Source: Gemmatimonadota bacterium
GTDB taxonomy: Bacteria > Gemmatimonadota > Gemmatimonadetes > Longimicrobiales > Gaopeijiaceae
Direction: 5' to 3'
Assembly: GCA_039589315.1 (NCBI GenBank)
Contig: JBDHHQ010000010.1
Location: forward strand, 1-64,000
Length of the DNA: 64,000 nucleotides
Shown here: in pieces, positions 18,121-26,277 of the stretch
Position numbering within the stretch: position 1 is the stretch's first letter
Layout of the letters: each line of letters opens with the position of its first letter
Program-made: the position numbers and the translations under genes
The notes under the pieces: model-generated
What the model was told of the DNA's origin: nothing
Databases searched by the model: none
Seen by the model: only the letters and a program-made list of their open reading frames with translations

Positions 18121-18454
18121 GCGCGAGACGGATGTAGGGGGAGACGGCCGGGCCCCAAACCCCGCACCCGACCCCGTTGCCCACTTACGACCGCCCCCCC
18201 CGAGAGTCCGCTGCACACACCTCCACGTACGACGGAACGCGCGGTAGGCTTCACCCGCCGCTCTCGAGCTCCGGCCCTCGTCCCTACGGAGCCGAGCCAC
18301 TCGGGGGTTTCGGACTTCAATCGATGGCACGGCGTGCCGATCACCTATGTGTGAGCCCCGGGGTGCGGCGCCCTTGGGGGAGGGATCTGCATAGGCTCAG
18401 GGGATTGGGTCGTGTGGCGGGGTGGTTGCCCCTGTTCTCTCGTCGGCCCCGGGC

Positions 18455-19153
18455 TCATCCCCCTCTCTCCACCTGTCTCGCCAGCGTGATCAGGTCCGGC
18501 ACCTCCAGAGCGGGCCTCGCGGCCGCTGGCGGCGTGGCCCCGAACCCGGCCCGGCCGGCTCGGCGGTTCACCCAAACCGTTGCCAGGCCAAGAGCGTTGG
18601 CCGGCGCAATGTCGTGGAAGAGGCTCTGTGCCACGTGAAGAATCTCCGACGGTGGCACGCCAAGCCGCTCGAAGGCCATGTGGAAGTGGCCCGGCGCGGG
18701 CTTGTAGCTGCCGACTTGCTGGGCCGTCACCACCTCGTCCATAGGCACGCCGAGATGGCGCGCACTGAGCTCGAAGAGGTCGTCGTCGATGTTCGAGACG
18801 GCGGCAAGCCGAAACCGCCGCTTCAACAGAGCCAACGCCTCCGGTGTGTCGGCGAAGGCCGGCCAGTCGGCCAGGGACGCCCGTAACGCGTCCCGCTCCT
18901 CCGCGGCGGGCGTAAACCCGATCCTTGCCGCGATCGTGTCCACGGTCCGTCGCAGGACTTCGCCATAGGGTTTGTAGACGCCGGCCTGGACTTCGGACTC
19001 CGTGGATCCGAACAGCTCGAGCGCCTCGTCGTCCGTGCCTGTCCACCCGTGGGACTCGAGCAGAGGCTTCAGAGCGCGCAGCAGCCCGGTCTCCCAGTCG
19101 ATGAGCGTCCCGTAGCAGTCGAAGGTGAGGGCGCTGAAACGGCTGAAATCCAC
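18455..19153 (-). CDS. HAD-superfamily hydrolase, type II haloacid dehalogenase-like
   Basis: LTFDCYGTLIDWE, VSNID, GSYKPA, LHVAQSLFHD; GTG start with AGGAG RBS. Confidence 0.92.
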   Translation of the reverse strand: MDFSRFSALTFDCYGTLIDWETGLLRALKPLLESHGWTGTDDEALELFGSTESEVQAGVYKPYGEVLRRTVDTIAARIGFTPAAEERDALRASLADWPAFADTPEALALLKRRFRLAAVSNIDDDLFELSARHLGVPMDEVVTAQQVGSYKPAPGHFHMAFERLGVPPSEILHVAQSLFHDIAPANALGLATVWVNRRAGRAGFGATPPAAARPALEVPDLITLARQVERGG

Positions 19154-19363
19154 GCGCGAGTCTCCTGGTTTGTGCGGCCGGACGGTCGGGACGGCGGCTG
19201 GCGGAAGGGACCCCAAGTTAGTGCGCCCGCCGGGCCCGGGGTACCGGCAAGCGGTGCTTCGGGGCCATATTCCGCCCTTCAACCGACGACGGACGACGGG
19301 AACCTCGGTGGAGATCCTGGGACCCGACGAGCTGCAGCAGGCCGTGCTTCAAGAGGAGTGCCT

Positions 19364-20017
19364 ATGTCGATCCGGTCCACCGTTCGGTCGGTGGTCACCC
19401 TGGGGAAGGGCGTCACGCGTGGACTCCCCGATGCCGACGTCGGCAAGGATCCCATGGAGCTGTTCGGTCGGTGGTTCGAGGATGCCCGCGAGTCGGGCAT
19501 CATGCTGTCCGACGCCGCGGCGCTGTCCACGGCGGACGCCGACGCGAAGCCTTCGGGCCGCATGGTGCTGCTGAAGGGATTCGACGAACGGGGATTCCGG
19601 TTCTTCACGAACTTCGGGAGCCGGAAGAGCCGGGAGCTAGACGAGAATCCCAGGGCGGCCTTGACGTTCCACTGGGCGATCCTCGAGCGCCAGGTCCGCA
19701 TCGAGGGAACGGTCGACCGTCTGCCGGATGACGAGTCGGACGCCTACTTCAAGACGCGTGCCCGGGGGAGTCAGATCGGCGCATGGGCGTCACGACAGAG
19801 CGAGCCGCTGACTTCGCGGGAAGAGCTGAAGGCAGCGGCGAAGGACACGGAAGCTCGATTCGCCGGGAGTCCCGTACCGCTGCCGCCCTTCTGGGGCGGG
19901 TACCGGCTGGTCCCCGAACGCATCGAGTTCTGGCAGGGACGAGCCAATCGACTCCACGACCGCGTCGTCTTCGACCGGGACGGCAGCGCCTGGCGCTCCG
20001 GCCGCCTGTACCCGTAG
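19364..20017 (+). CDS. pdxH: Pyridoxine/pyridoxamine 5'-phosphate oxidase
   Basis: RMVLLKG, FFTNFGSRK, RQVRIEG, SQIGAWASRQS, WGGY, EFWQGRANRLHDR; GAGGAG RBS. Confidence 0.96.
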   Translation: MSIRSTVRSVVTLGKGVTRGLPDADVGKDPMELFGRWFEDARESGIMLSDAAALSTADADAKPSGRMVLLKGFDERGFRFFTNFGSRKSRELDENPRAALTFHWAILERQVRIEGTVDRLPDDESDAYFKTRARGSQIGAWASRQSEPLTSREELKAAAKDTEARFAGSPVPLPPFWGGYRLVPERIEFWQGRANRLHDRVVFDRDGSAWRSGRLYP

Positions 20018-20052
20018 CGCGTGAGCTTCGCGAGCCCACAGGCCACCGACCC

Positions 20053-20475
20053 ATGACCGTCTCCACGCATCGGCTCAGCCTCCAGACCCGTGGCAACGAC
20101 CAGATCGTCGACATCACTGGGCCGGTTCAGCAGGCGGTGCGGGAGAGCGGGATCCGCGCCGGGCAGGCCACCGTGATGGTCGTGGGCTCCACCGCGGCCC
20201 TCTCCACGCTCGAGTTCGAGCCCGGTCTGGTGAACCACGACATCGCCGCGGCCCTGGAGATCCTGGCACCCAGGGACGGGGAGTACGAGCACGAGAAGAC
20301 GTGGCACGACGATAACGGCCACAGTCACGTGCGAGCGTGCCTCATCGGGCCGTCCCTGGCCCTGCCGGTCGTCGACGGAGCCGTCCCCCTGGGTACCTGG
20401 CAGCAGTTGGTGCTTCTGGATTTCGACACTCGACCCCGGTCCCGCACGCTGATCCTCACGATCCTGGGAGACTGA
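20053..20475 (+). CDS. yjbQ: YjbQ/UPF0047 family protein
   Basis: IVDIT, GSTAALSTLEFEPGL, DNGHSHVRA, LGTWQQ. Confidence 0.92.
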   Translation: MTVSTHRLSLQTRGNDQIVDITGPVQQAVRESGIRAGQATVMVVGSTAALSTLEFEPGLVNHDIAAALEILAPRDGEYEHEKTWHDDNGHSHVRACLIGPSLALPVVDGAVPLGTWQQLVLLDFDTRPRSRTLILTILGD

Positions 20476-20747
20476 GCGGACGGAACCGCCCAGACCCGGC
20501 TCACCGCCTCCGGGCCGCCAGCCTGTCAACGCGTGGACCAGCTAGACGCGCGCCAAAAGCCCGGCGCTGCCAGCCTCGATGCTCCGTCGCGCAACGTGGC
20601 GCTCCGTTGCGCCCCCGCGACAACGAGGGAACGCACCGTATCTGCACCTGATCGTGATCTGGTTACATAACGCATGGTCCGACTTGGTTTTGCACGTACA
20701 TCTCACGAAGGACCGGTTCTGGCCCCGGCCCTGCAGAGGTGCCAGGC

Positions 20748-22193
20748 ATGACGCGACACTGGCTACAGGATTGGTTGATGCTGGGCGCTGCGCCCGGATT
20801 GACGCCAGGACCCGCCGTCCGCCGCTGGGAAACAGAGGTCTCCGACCTGACCCCTTCGGCGGCATCCGACACACTCGGATTCGACCTGCGAGGAAGGTCG
20901 CTCCTCCACGTGGGCTGCGACGCGGGGGCGCTCTGTCTGGAGGCGCTGCGTCGCGGTGCCTCCGACGCGCTCGGAGTGGACGGCGACCCCGACCGGATTC
21001 GTATGGCCCGCTCTTATGCATCATTGACCGAGCTCCCAGCCCGGTTCTCGGTTCTCGATGTGGAGGAACGGCTGCCGGGCTTCACCTTCGACGTGGTGGT
21101 GTGCACCGATCTTTCGCGCTTCCACGATCCCGTGGCCATGATCGACCGGCTGGGCAGCCTCGCCTCCGAACGGCTGGTGATCGAGTTCGAGGGGCCAGGG
21201 AGCCCTGGTGCGAGAGCCTATCTGGACCGGATCGGGGCGCCCATCCCCCCCGAGGGCCTCGATCGCCTGCCGGCGATCGTCCTCACCGATGACCCGGCCT
21301 CGAGGTCGGGCGCCTTCATGTCTCCCGTCGCCGTCGAAAGCATGCTCCGGCAGCGGAGCGGTCGCTTCTCCCGCGTCGAGGTCACTCCGGTCGGCTCCGC
21401 GGGCCGCTATCGGGCGGTGGCTGTCCGCCGGCTCATCAGCCGCCTGGTGATCGTGGCCGCACCAGGACGCAGAGAGACCGCCCGCACCGTGCGACGAATC
21501 CGGAGCGGCCGGGTTCCCCGGTCGCTGGTGGACCGGCTGGACATGGGTGGCGTGAGCGACTGGGAGTTCGCCCCCGACGGACGAATTCCCGACTCGGACC
21601 GGCGCACGACGCCGGCCCTCGTGTACGGATACGACCTACACGGTCCTTGGCGGCGGCGCGGGGGACGGTTCGGAGCGGATCAGCTCACCGAGCTGGTAGA
21701 CTCCGCGGCCGAGGTGTTCGTCGTCACGTCCTGGAGCAATCCCGAGGTTCTCCGCGAGAGGGGGCGCGCCCGCGTCGGCCGAGCGTCCGAAGACCTCCGG
21801 CGCTTGGAGCGACATCCGGTTCAGTCGTTCCTGGGGAGCTTCGCCGAGCTGGTCCGGCAGGGGCTCCGCGCTTTCCCCCGTCGGTGGACGCTATCCCGGA
21901 TGGGAGGATTCGTGGGCCGGGCCCGGAGCGAGCTCGACCTGCAGCATCGCCTGCTGCGGGTCCGGGCCCTGGTCGAGAGCCGACAGGAAGATGCTCGGGC
22001 CTACCGGCAGACGGACGAGCATGTGGCCCGGTATGCGAGGTGGCTGGACTACTGCCACCGCATCGATGCCGATGGACATTGGGTCGTCGACGCCACCGAG
22101 GACGAGTGGACCGTGCAGGAGGCCACCGATTGGGGTCGGCTGCTCGTAGCCGGGCGCCGCAGACAGGGTGACCTCACGACCCGCCGCTCCTGA
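20748..22193 (+). CDS. Class I SAM-dependent methyltransferase-like domain fused to an unknown C-terminal region
   Basis: LRGRSLLHVGCDAG..RRGASDALGVD (motif I variant), FDVVVC; Arg-rich C-terminal half not recognised. Confidence 0.6.
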   Translation: MTRHWLQDWLMLGAAPGLTPGPAVRRWETEVSDLTPSAASDTLGFDLRGRSLLHVGCDAGALCLEALRRGASDALGVDGDPDRIRMARSYASLTELPARFSVLDVEERLPGFTFDVVVCTDLSRFHDPVAMIDRLGSLASERLVIEFEGPGSPGARAYLDRIGAPIPPEGLDRLPAIVLTDDPASRSGAFMSPVAVESMLRQRSGRFSRVEVTPVGSAGRYRAVAVRRLISRLVIVAAPGRRETARTVRRIRSGRVPRSLVDRLDMGGVSDWEFAPDGRIPDSDRRTTPALVYGYDLHGPWRRRGGRFGADQLTELVDSAAEVFVVTSWSNPEVLRERGRARVGRASEDLRRLERHPVQSFLGSFAELVRQGLRAFPRRWTLSRMGGFVGRARSELDLQHRLLRVRALVESRQEDARAYRQTDEHVARYARWLDYCHRIDADGHWVVDATEDEWTVQEATDWGRLLVAGRRRQGDLTTRRS

Positions 22194-22209
22194 CGCGGAC
22201 GACACCGGC

Positions 22210-22938
22210 TCAGTCCTCTTCGCCCGACCCCTCGGGAAGCGCGCGCAGGTCCGCCTCCTCCTTCAGCGTGCCGATCAGCCTCGAAAGGCGCTCTCTCTGA
22301 CGACCCGCCCACGAAGCCCAGAAGGGGCGGGCGGCCAGCGCGCCCAGCAACGGCGCGAGCAAGAAAGAGACGGCCAATACGACGGGCTTGGCGACATCCA
22401 GCGATGAAAGCGTGAGGACGGAAGCCAGGAACCCGGTGGTCCCGGACAGGATGTAGAACATCGCCTTGTACGCCGTCTGCTCCGAAAGCAGCTCGATCCT
22501 GGTCTTCCCGTCCCGGGGGGTGAGCCGTACCTCGATCGCGTTCTCCTTGCCGTCGGACTTCCACGCCACCGAGCCCAGGACCTCGTGGACGCTGCCGGGC
22601 TGACGGACCTCGTACCGGACCACCTCCATCAGCCGGCTCAGGTCGTCGGCCGAGAGCTGGCGGTCTATGGCGGCAGTGAGCTGGAAGGTCCCCGGTGGGC
22701 CCCAGAACCGACGTCCTTCGCCGGGTGCGGCTCCCCGGGCCACGGCATCGGCGGCACGTGCGACCAGGTCCGGATCGATGCCGGCCTCGGCGGCGATCTG
22801 CTGGATCTCTCGCAGCGTGAGCCCCGCTGTCCGCTCCGCGCTGCCTTCGCCCGTCTTCTGTAGCTCGGTCGCCTTACGCAGAATCACCGCGAATTCCCGC
22901 TCCGTGAACCGGCGGTCACCTCTGGGACCTTCTACCAT
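22210..22938 (-). CDS. Hypothetical membrane protein (two C-terminal TM helices)
   Basis: RRFTEREFAVILRKATELQ, GLTLREIQQIAAEAGIDP; GGAG RBS before ATG 22938. Confidence 0.7.
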   Translation of the reverse strand: MVEGPRGDRRFTEREFAVILRKATELQKTGEGSAERTAGLTLREIQQIAAEAGIDPDLVARAADAVARGAAPGEGRRFWGPPGTFQLTAAIDRQLSADDLSRLMEVVRYEVRQPGSVHEVLGSVAWKSDGKENAIEVRLTPRDGKTRIELLSEQTAYKAMFYILSGTTGFLASVLTLSSLDVAKPVVLAVSFLLAPLLGALAARPFWASWAGRQRERLSRLIGTLKEEADLRALPEGSGEED

Positions 22939-23092
22939 GCTCTCGCTCCGTCTCGGATCCGTGCGAGCTACGGGCCCTGCGCCTCCGCTCTTCACCTCAG
23001 AATCGGCGGCCGAAGCGGGCGCCGCCATGTCACGGCACCACGATGCAGCAGGGTCCCGAGTCTCGCGCAGTCACGTCCCGGAGGGAAGCGCC

Positions 23093-23235
23093 GGCTCTTT
23101 ACTGGCCGCGGTCGGGCTCTACGGGGCGGTCTCGTACGGTGTCAACCGGCGCATGCGCGAGATGGGGGTGCGGGTGGCGCCTGCCTGGCTCGCGCCGCCC
23201 GGGTCGACCCGGTGCGGGTGCTCAAGGCGGAGTGA
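23093..23235 (+). pseudogene. Collapsed 3' remnant of a MacB/FtsX (ADOP-type) permease gene
   Basis: One frame reads LLAAVGLYGAVSYGVNRRMREMGVRVA; a second frame reads ARAARVDPVRVLKAE*. Both match the C-termini of the two intact permeases in this window. Confidence 0.85.
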
Positions 23236-23483
23236 CGCGATCGTGCTCGGCAAGCGTGCTCGCCGGGGAGCGAGTCGGGCGAGAGGCTGCGAGCACCGAT
23301 GTCGAGTGAGGTCGATCTGCGCGCTCGATCGAACCGTGGCTGCGGAACGAGCGCAGCAATCGAACGAGACTCCACTGAGTCCACAGCTTGGCCGGGGTAG
23401 ACGAAGAGAGGGGAGCGATCCGAAGCTCGCCCCCCTTCCTTCTGCCTGCGCCGATCGACGCGTCGCCGATCAGCTGGTTCAGC

Positions 23484-25073
23484 CTACTGAGCGCCTGCCA
23501 GCCCGCCGTGTTTCTCGGCCTTGTCCAGGATCTCCTGGATCAACGGCCAGTAGTTGACGGCTCCGGCGGCGCCGACACCGTACGCGGCCTCGACGGCGTC
23601 CTGGCTGCCGATGAGCAGCGCCTCGACCAGGAACGGGTTGTGGGTGGAGGATCCCGTCACGTCCTCGAGGGCCGGGTTGTCTCCCGGCTCCGTGGACCCC
23701 TCGTTGGGGAACTGGGCCAGGTTCACGTTGAAGAACGCGCCCTCGGCGACGGTGAACTTGCCGTCCGTGGCGTCGATCTCACCTCCGGGCTCCTCCAGAT
23801 TCGGATCTACCTCCCAGAGCAGGTCCAGCACCGTGCCGGACCGGTCGGCGATCCGCGTACTCGCTACCGTGAGCGCCGACGCGGCCACCTGCTCCGTTCC
23901 GTGGCAACCGGAGGCCGTGCACGCCCCAAAGGTGCGCTCGTCCGTCGTGTACTCGCAGTCACCGGCCACCGGGATCCCCTGCTCGTCAGTGCACGGCACC
24001 GAGGTGAACAGGTGACCCGTCGAGGTAAACACGAACTCGCCGGTCTCGTCGTCGGTGACGTCGTAGCTGTTCACATGGCACGTGGCGCAGAAGCCCGGGT
24101 TGGCTGCGGTGCCGTGAGTGCCCAGGATCTGGCCCTGGTCGATCTCCAGATCGGGCGGGAACCAGCCGGCCTCGCCCAGGAGCAGCGCCGGCTCGGGCGC
24201 GTGGGGCGCCAGACCGTGGGACGAGTTGGGATCCGGGGCGGTGCGCCGGTTGTGACACTTCGCGCACAGGTTGTTCTCGATGGACGGTGAGGAAGCCGCG
24301 AACCGCACCTGCCCCTCGTTGTCCGATCCGTGGGGATTGTGGCAGACGCCGCAGGTCGTGGGCAGCGCCTCCTCGAATTTCTCCACGTAGTTCCCGTTCG
24401 CGCCCCACGCCACCAGGGCACCCTGGCCCTTGTGGCAGCCGGCGCACTCCTCTCGCCCCGCCGCGAAGCCCACGACGCTGGCGTGCGACGACTGGGACCA
24501 GTCCTCGATGAACGGGTGGTGCGAGCCGCTGTGGCACTCGCCGCAGCTCAAGAACTCGTCGTTCTCGCCCAGCACCTTCAAGCTGGCGAGCGGGCTCGCG
24601 GACGATGGGACGTCGATGTGGGACTGGCCCGCGCCATGGCAGCTCTCGCAGCCCACGTCGTGGTAGCGGGCGTCCCCGGTCGCGCTCCAGGCGACGCTGC
24701 CCGTGGCGGCGTTCCCCAGCGCGCTCACGGTATGGCAGCCCTCGCAGAACTCCTGCGCGTGGCCGCTGTTTTGTAGCCCCGCCCAGGCGTCGGCGTGTGC
24801 GGTCGTGACCCACCTGCTCTGGGCGCTGGCGTGGCACTGGCCGCAGGCCTGGGCCGGCGAGGCGTCGGAGTCCCTGTACCCCACGAACCCTGCCGCACCC
24901 TCCGGAATCGGCTGGTAGACTGGACGGTCCACCTCGACCTCGACCGTGTCCGTCACGATCAAGGTGTCGGTGACTGTAACGATCTGGGTCTCGGTCTTGG
25001 TCTCACATCCGGCGAGAGCCAGGAGGGCGGCGACGGGGAGAAGACAGTATGACAGTAGCTTCGGAGATCGCAT
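23484..25073 (-). CDS. Multiheme cytochrome c lipoprotein (8 CXXCH + 1 CX4CH)
   Basis: Lipobox LAGC; CGQCH, CEGCH, CESCH, CGECH, CAGCH, CGVCH, CAKCH, CATCH, CTASGCH; AAGGAG RBS. Confidence 0.93.
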   Translation of the reverse strand: MRSPKLLSYCLLPVAALLALAGCETKTETQIVTVTDTLIVTDTVEVEVDRPVYQPIPEGAAGFVGYRDSDASPAQACGQCHASAQSRWVTTAHADAWAGLQNSGHAQEFCEGCHTVSALGNAATGSVAWSATGDARYHDVGCESCHGAGQSHIDVPSSASPLASLKVLGENDEFLSCGECHSGSHHPFIEDWSQSSHASVVGFAAGREECAGCHKGQGALVAWGANGNYVEKFEEALPTTCGVCHNPHGSDNEGQVRFAASSPSIENNLCAKCHNRRTAPDPNSSHGLAPHAPEPALLLGEAGWFPPDLEIDQGQILGTHGTAANPGFCATCHVNSYDVTDDETGEFVFTSTGHLFTSVPCTDEQGIPVAGDCEYTTDERTFGACTASGCHGTEQVAASALTVASTRIADRSGTVLDLLWEVDPNLEEPGGEIDATDGKFTVAEGAFFNVNLAQFPNEGSTEPGDNPALEDVTGSSTHNPFLVEALLIGSQDAVEAAYGVGAAGAVNYWPLIQEILDKAEKHGGLAGAQ

Positions 25074-25249
25074 GGACCCCTCCTTTTCGGCAAGCCGATC
25101 ACCGCGTAGGGTCGCCCACGCGGGAAAGGTCGGGGGGCGTCAACCCCCCCACAAATGGCTGTGTCCTGAATCTCGACCGTCGTAGGTCTTTGGAAACTCA
25201 CCGAGCCTGAAGCGGGGCAGCCCGGTCGGTACGCCTGCACTGGTAGCGC

Positions 25250-25279
25250 AGGTTACAGCCCCAGGTCGGGGCGAGTCAA
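25250..25279 (-). promoter_or_regulatory. Possible sigma70-like promoter for the cytochrome gene
   Basis: Minus strand TTGACT, 18-nt spacer, TAACCT, about 175 nt upstream of the ATG. Confidence 0.45.
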
Positions 25280-25295
25280 GCAGTTGCTTGCCTGT

Positions 25296-25640
25296 TCAAC
25301 GCTCCGGCGGCTCGTAGAGGTTGTACCATCCGCACTTGGGGCAGCGGCGTACGTCACGAGGCGCGTCGGTGGCCCGGATTCTGTCAGCCCACCGACGGAC
25401 GACGCCCATGAATCGAAGCTCCTCCAGAGACTCTCCCAACTTGGCTCCGCACACGAAGCGCTCGGGGTTTCGGCGGCTAGGCGCTCGGCAGGCCAGCAGG
25501 ACCGATAGCTGATCCTCGGTCTCGAGACCGGTGCCGCCCCTGGCTCCCGTGAGCCCGGGAGCGTAGGCGGTGCCCCTGTCGCTCGGGTTGAGCGTACGAA
25601 TGGTGCGAGCTTCAGTGGGGTGTGTCGGATGAATCGACAT
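25296..25640 (-). CDS. Small putative zinc-ribbon protein
   Basis: Four Cys: C-x12-CGAKL ... RRCPKCGWYN. Start uncertain. Confidence 0.5.
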   Translation of the reverse strand: MSIHPTHPTEARTIRTLNPSDRGTAYAPGLTGARGGTGLETEDQLSVLLACRAPSRRNPERFVCGAKLGESLEELRFMGVVRRWADRIRATDAPRDVRRCPKCGWYNLYEPPER

Positions 25641-25795
25641 CGACGCGCTATCCCCCCGCGGCCTCGTGCCGCGATTCAGAGCGTTCTACCTCGCGACGAA
25701 GCGATCCCCATCGCATCCGCCGCCCCGGTGCGGGACGCCGCCTCGAGACGGCGTCAGCGCACACACACCATACAGACACCGCAATGGAGAAGTCT

Positions 25796-25841
25796 GTAGG
25801 GGATTTCCTGAATCCGGCGGTGGGAGAATCCCACCGGATTC
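25796..25841. promoter_or_regulatory. Tandem imperfect palindromes / hairpin (possible regulator sites)
   Basis: GTAGGGGATTTCCTGA (25796-25811) and GTGGGAGAATCCCAC (25820-25834); the second lies within hairpin GAATCC..GGTGGGA-GAA-TCCCACC-GGATTC. Confidence 0.45.
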
Positions 25842-26277
25842 GGCGGGGAACCGAGGGCCAGAGGGGGACGAGCAGCAGGGGAGACCGTCCAAGCACGACG
25901 GCCGCCGGGCCGAGGGCGCGCTGCCGCGCCGGTCCTGTGGCCAGGAACCGTAGCTGAAGCCGTCCCCACGGGACGACGCGATGGTGCGACTCCACGTGGC
26001 GCGGGGTGCCGCGGGTCCTGCCGTGCCGGGCCCAGGCGTACGCAGCGAGGCCTTTCACCGTGTCCGCCGTCAACGCAGCGGCGGCGAAACGAAGCGCCGA
26101 CACCCGCGAATCCGGGCGCTCCGCCCGCCCGCCCTTTGCCCTCGAGCCGACCCGCGGTATGATGGGTTGTCCAGCCCCCACGAGGTGTGCGCCCAGGCTT
26201 GGAGTTCGGCTCGCGCCCCCGACGTTGGACGCCCGGTGCCCGCCGCCGACATCGACCAACAGACGCCAGCAGGTCCT

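Noticed and set aside
18121..18454. Possible ncRNA in the gap between convergent genes
   Set aside because: Only imperfect GC-rich inverted repeats and no recognisable family motif.
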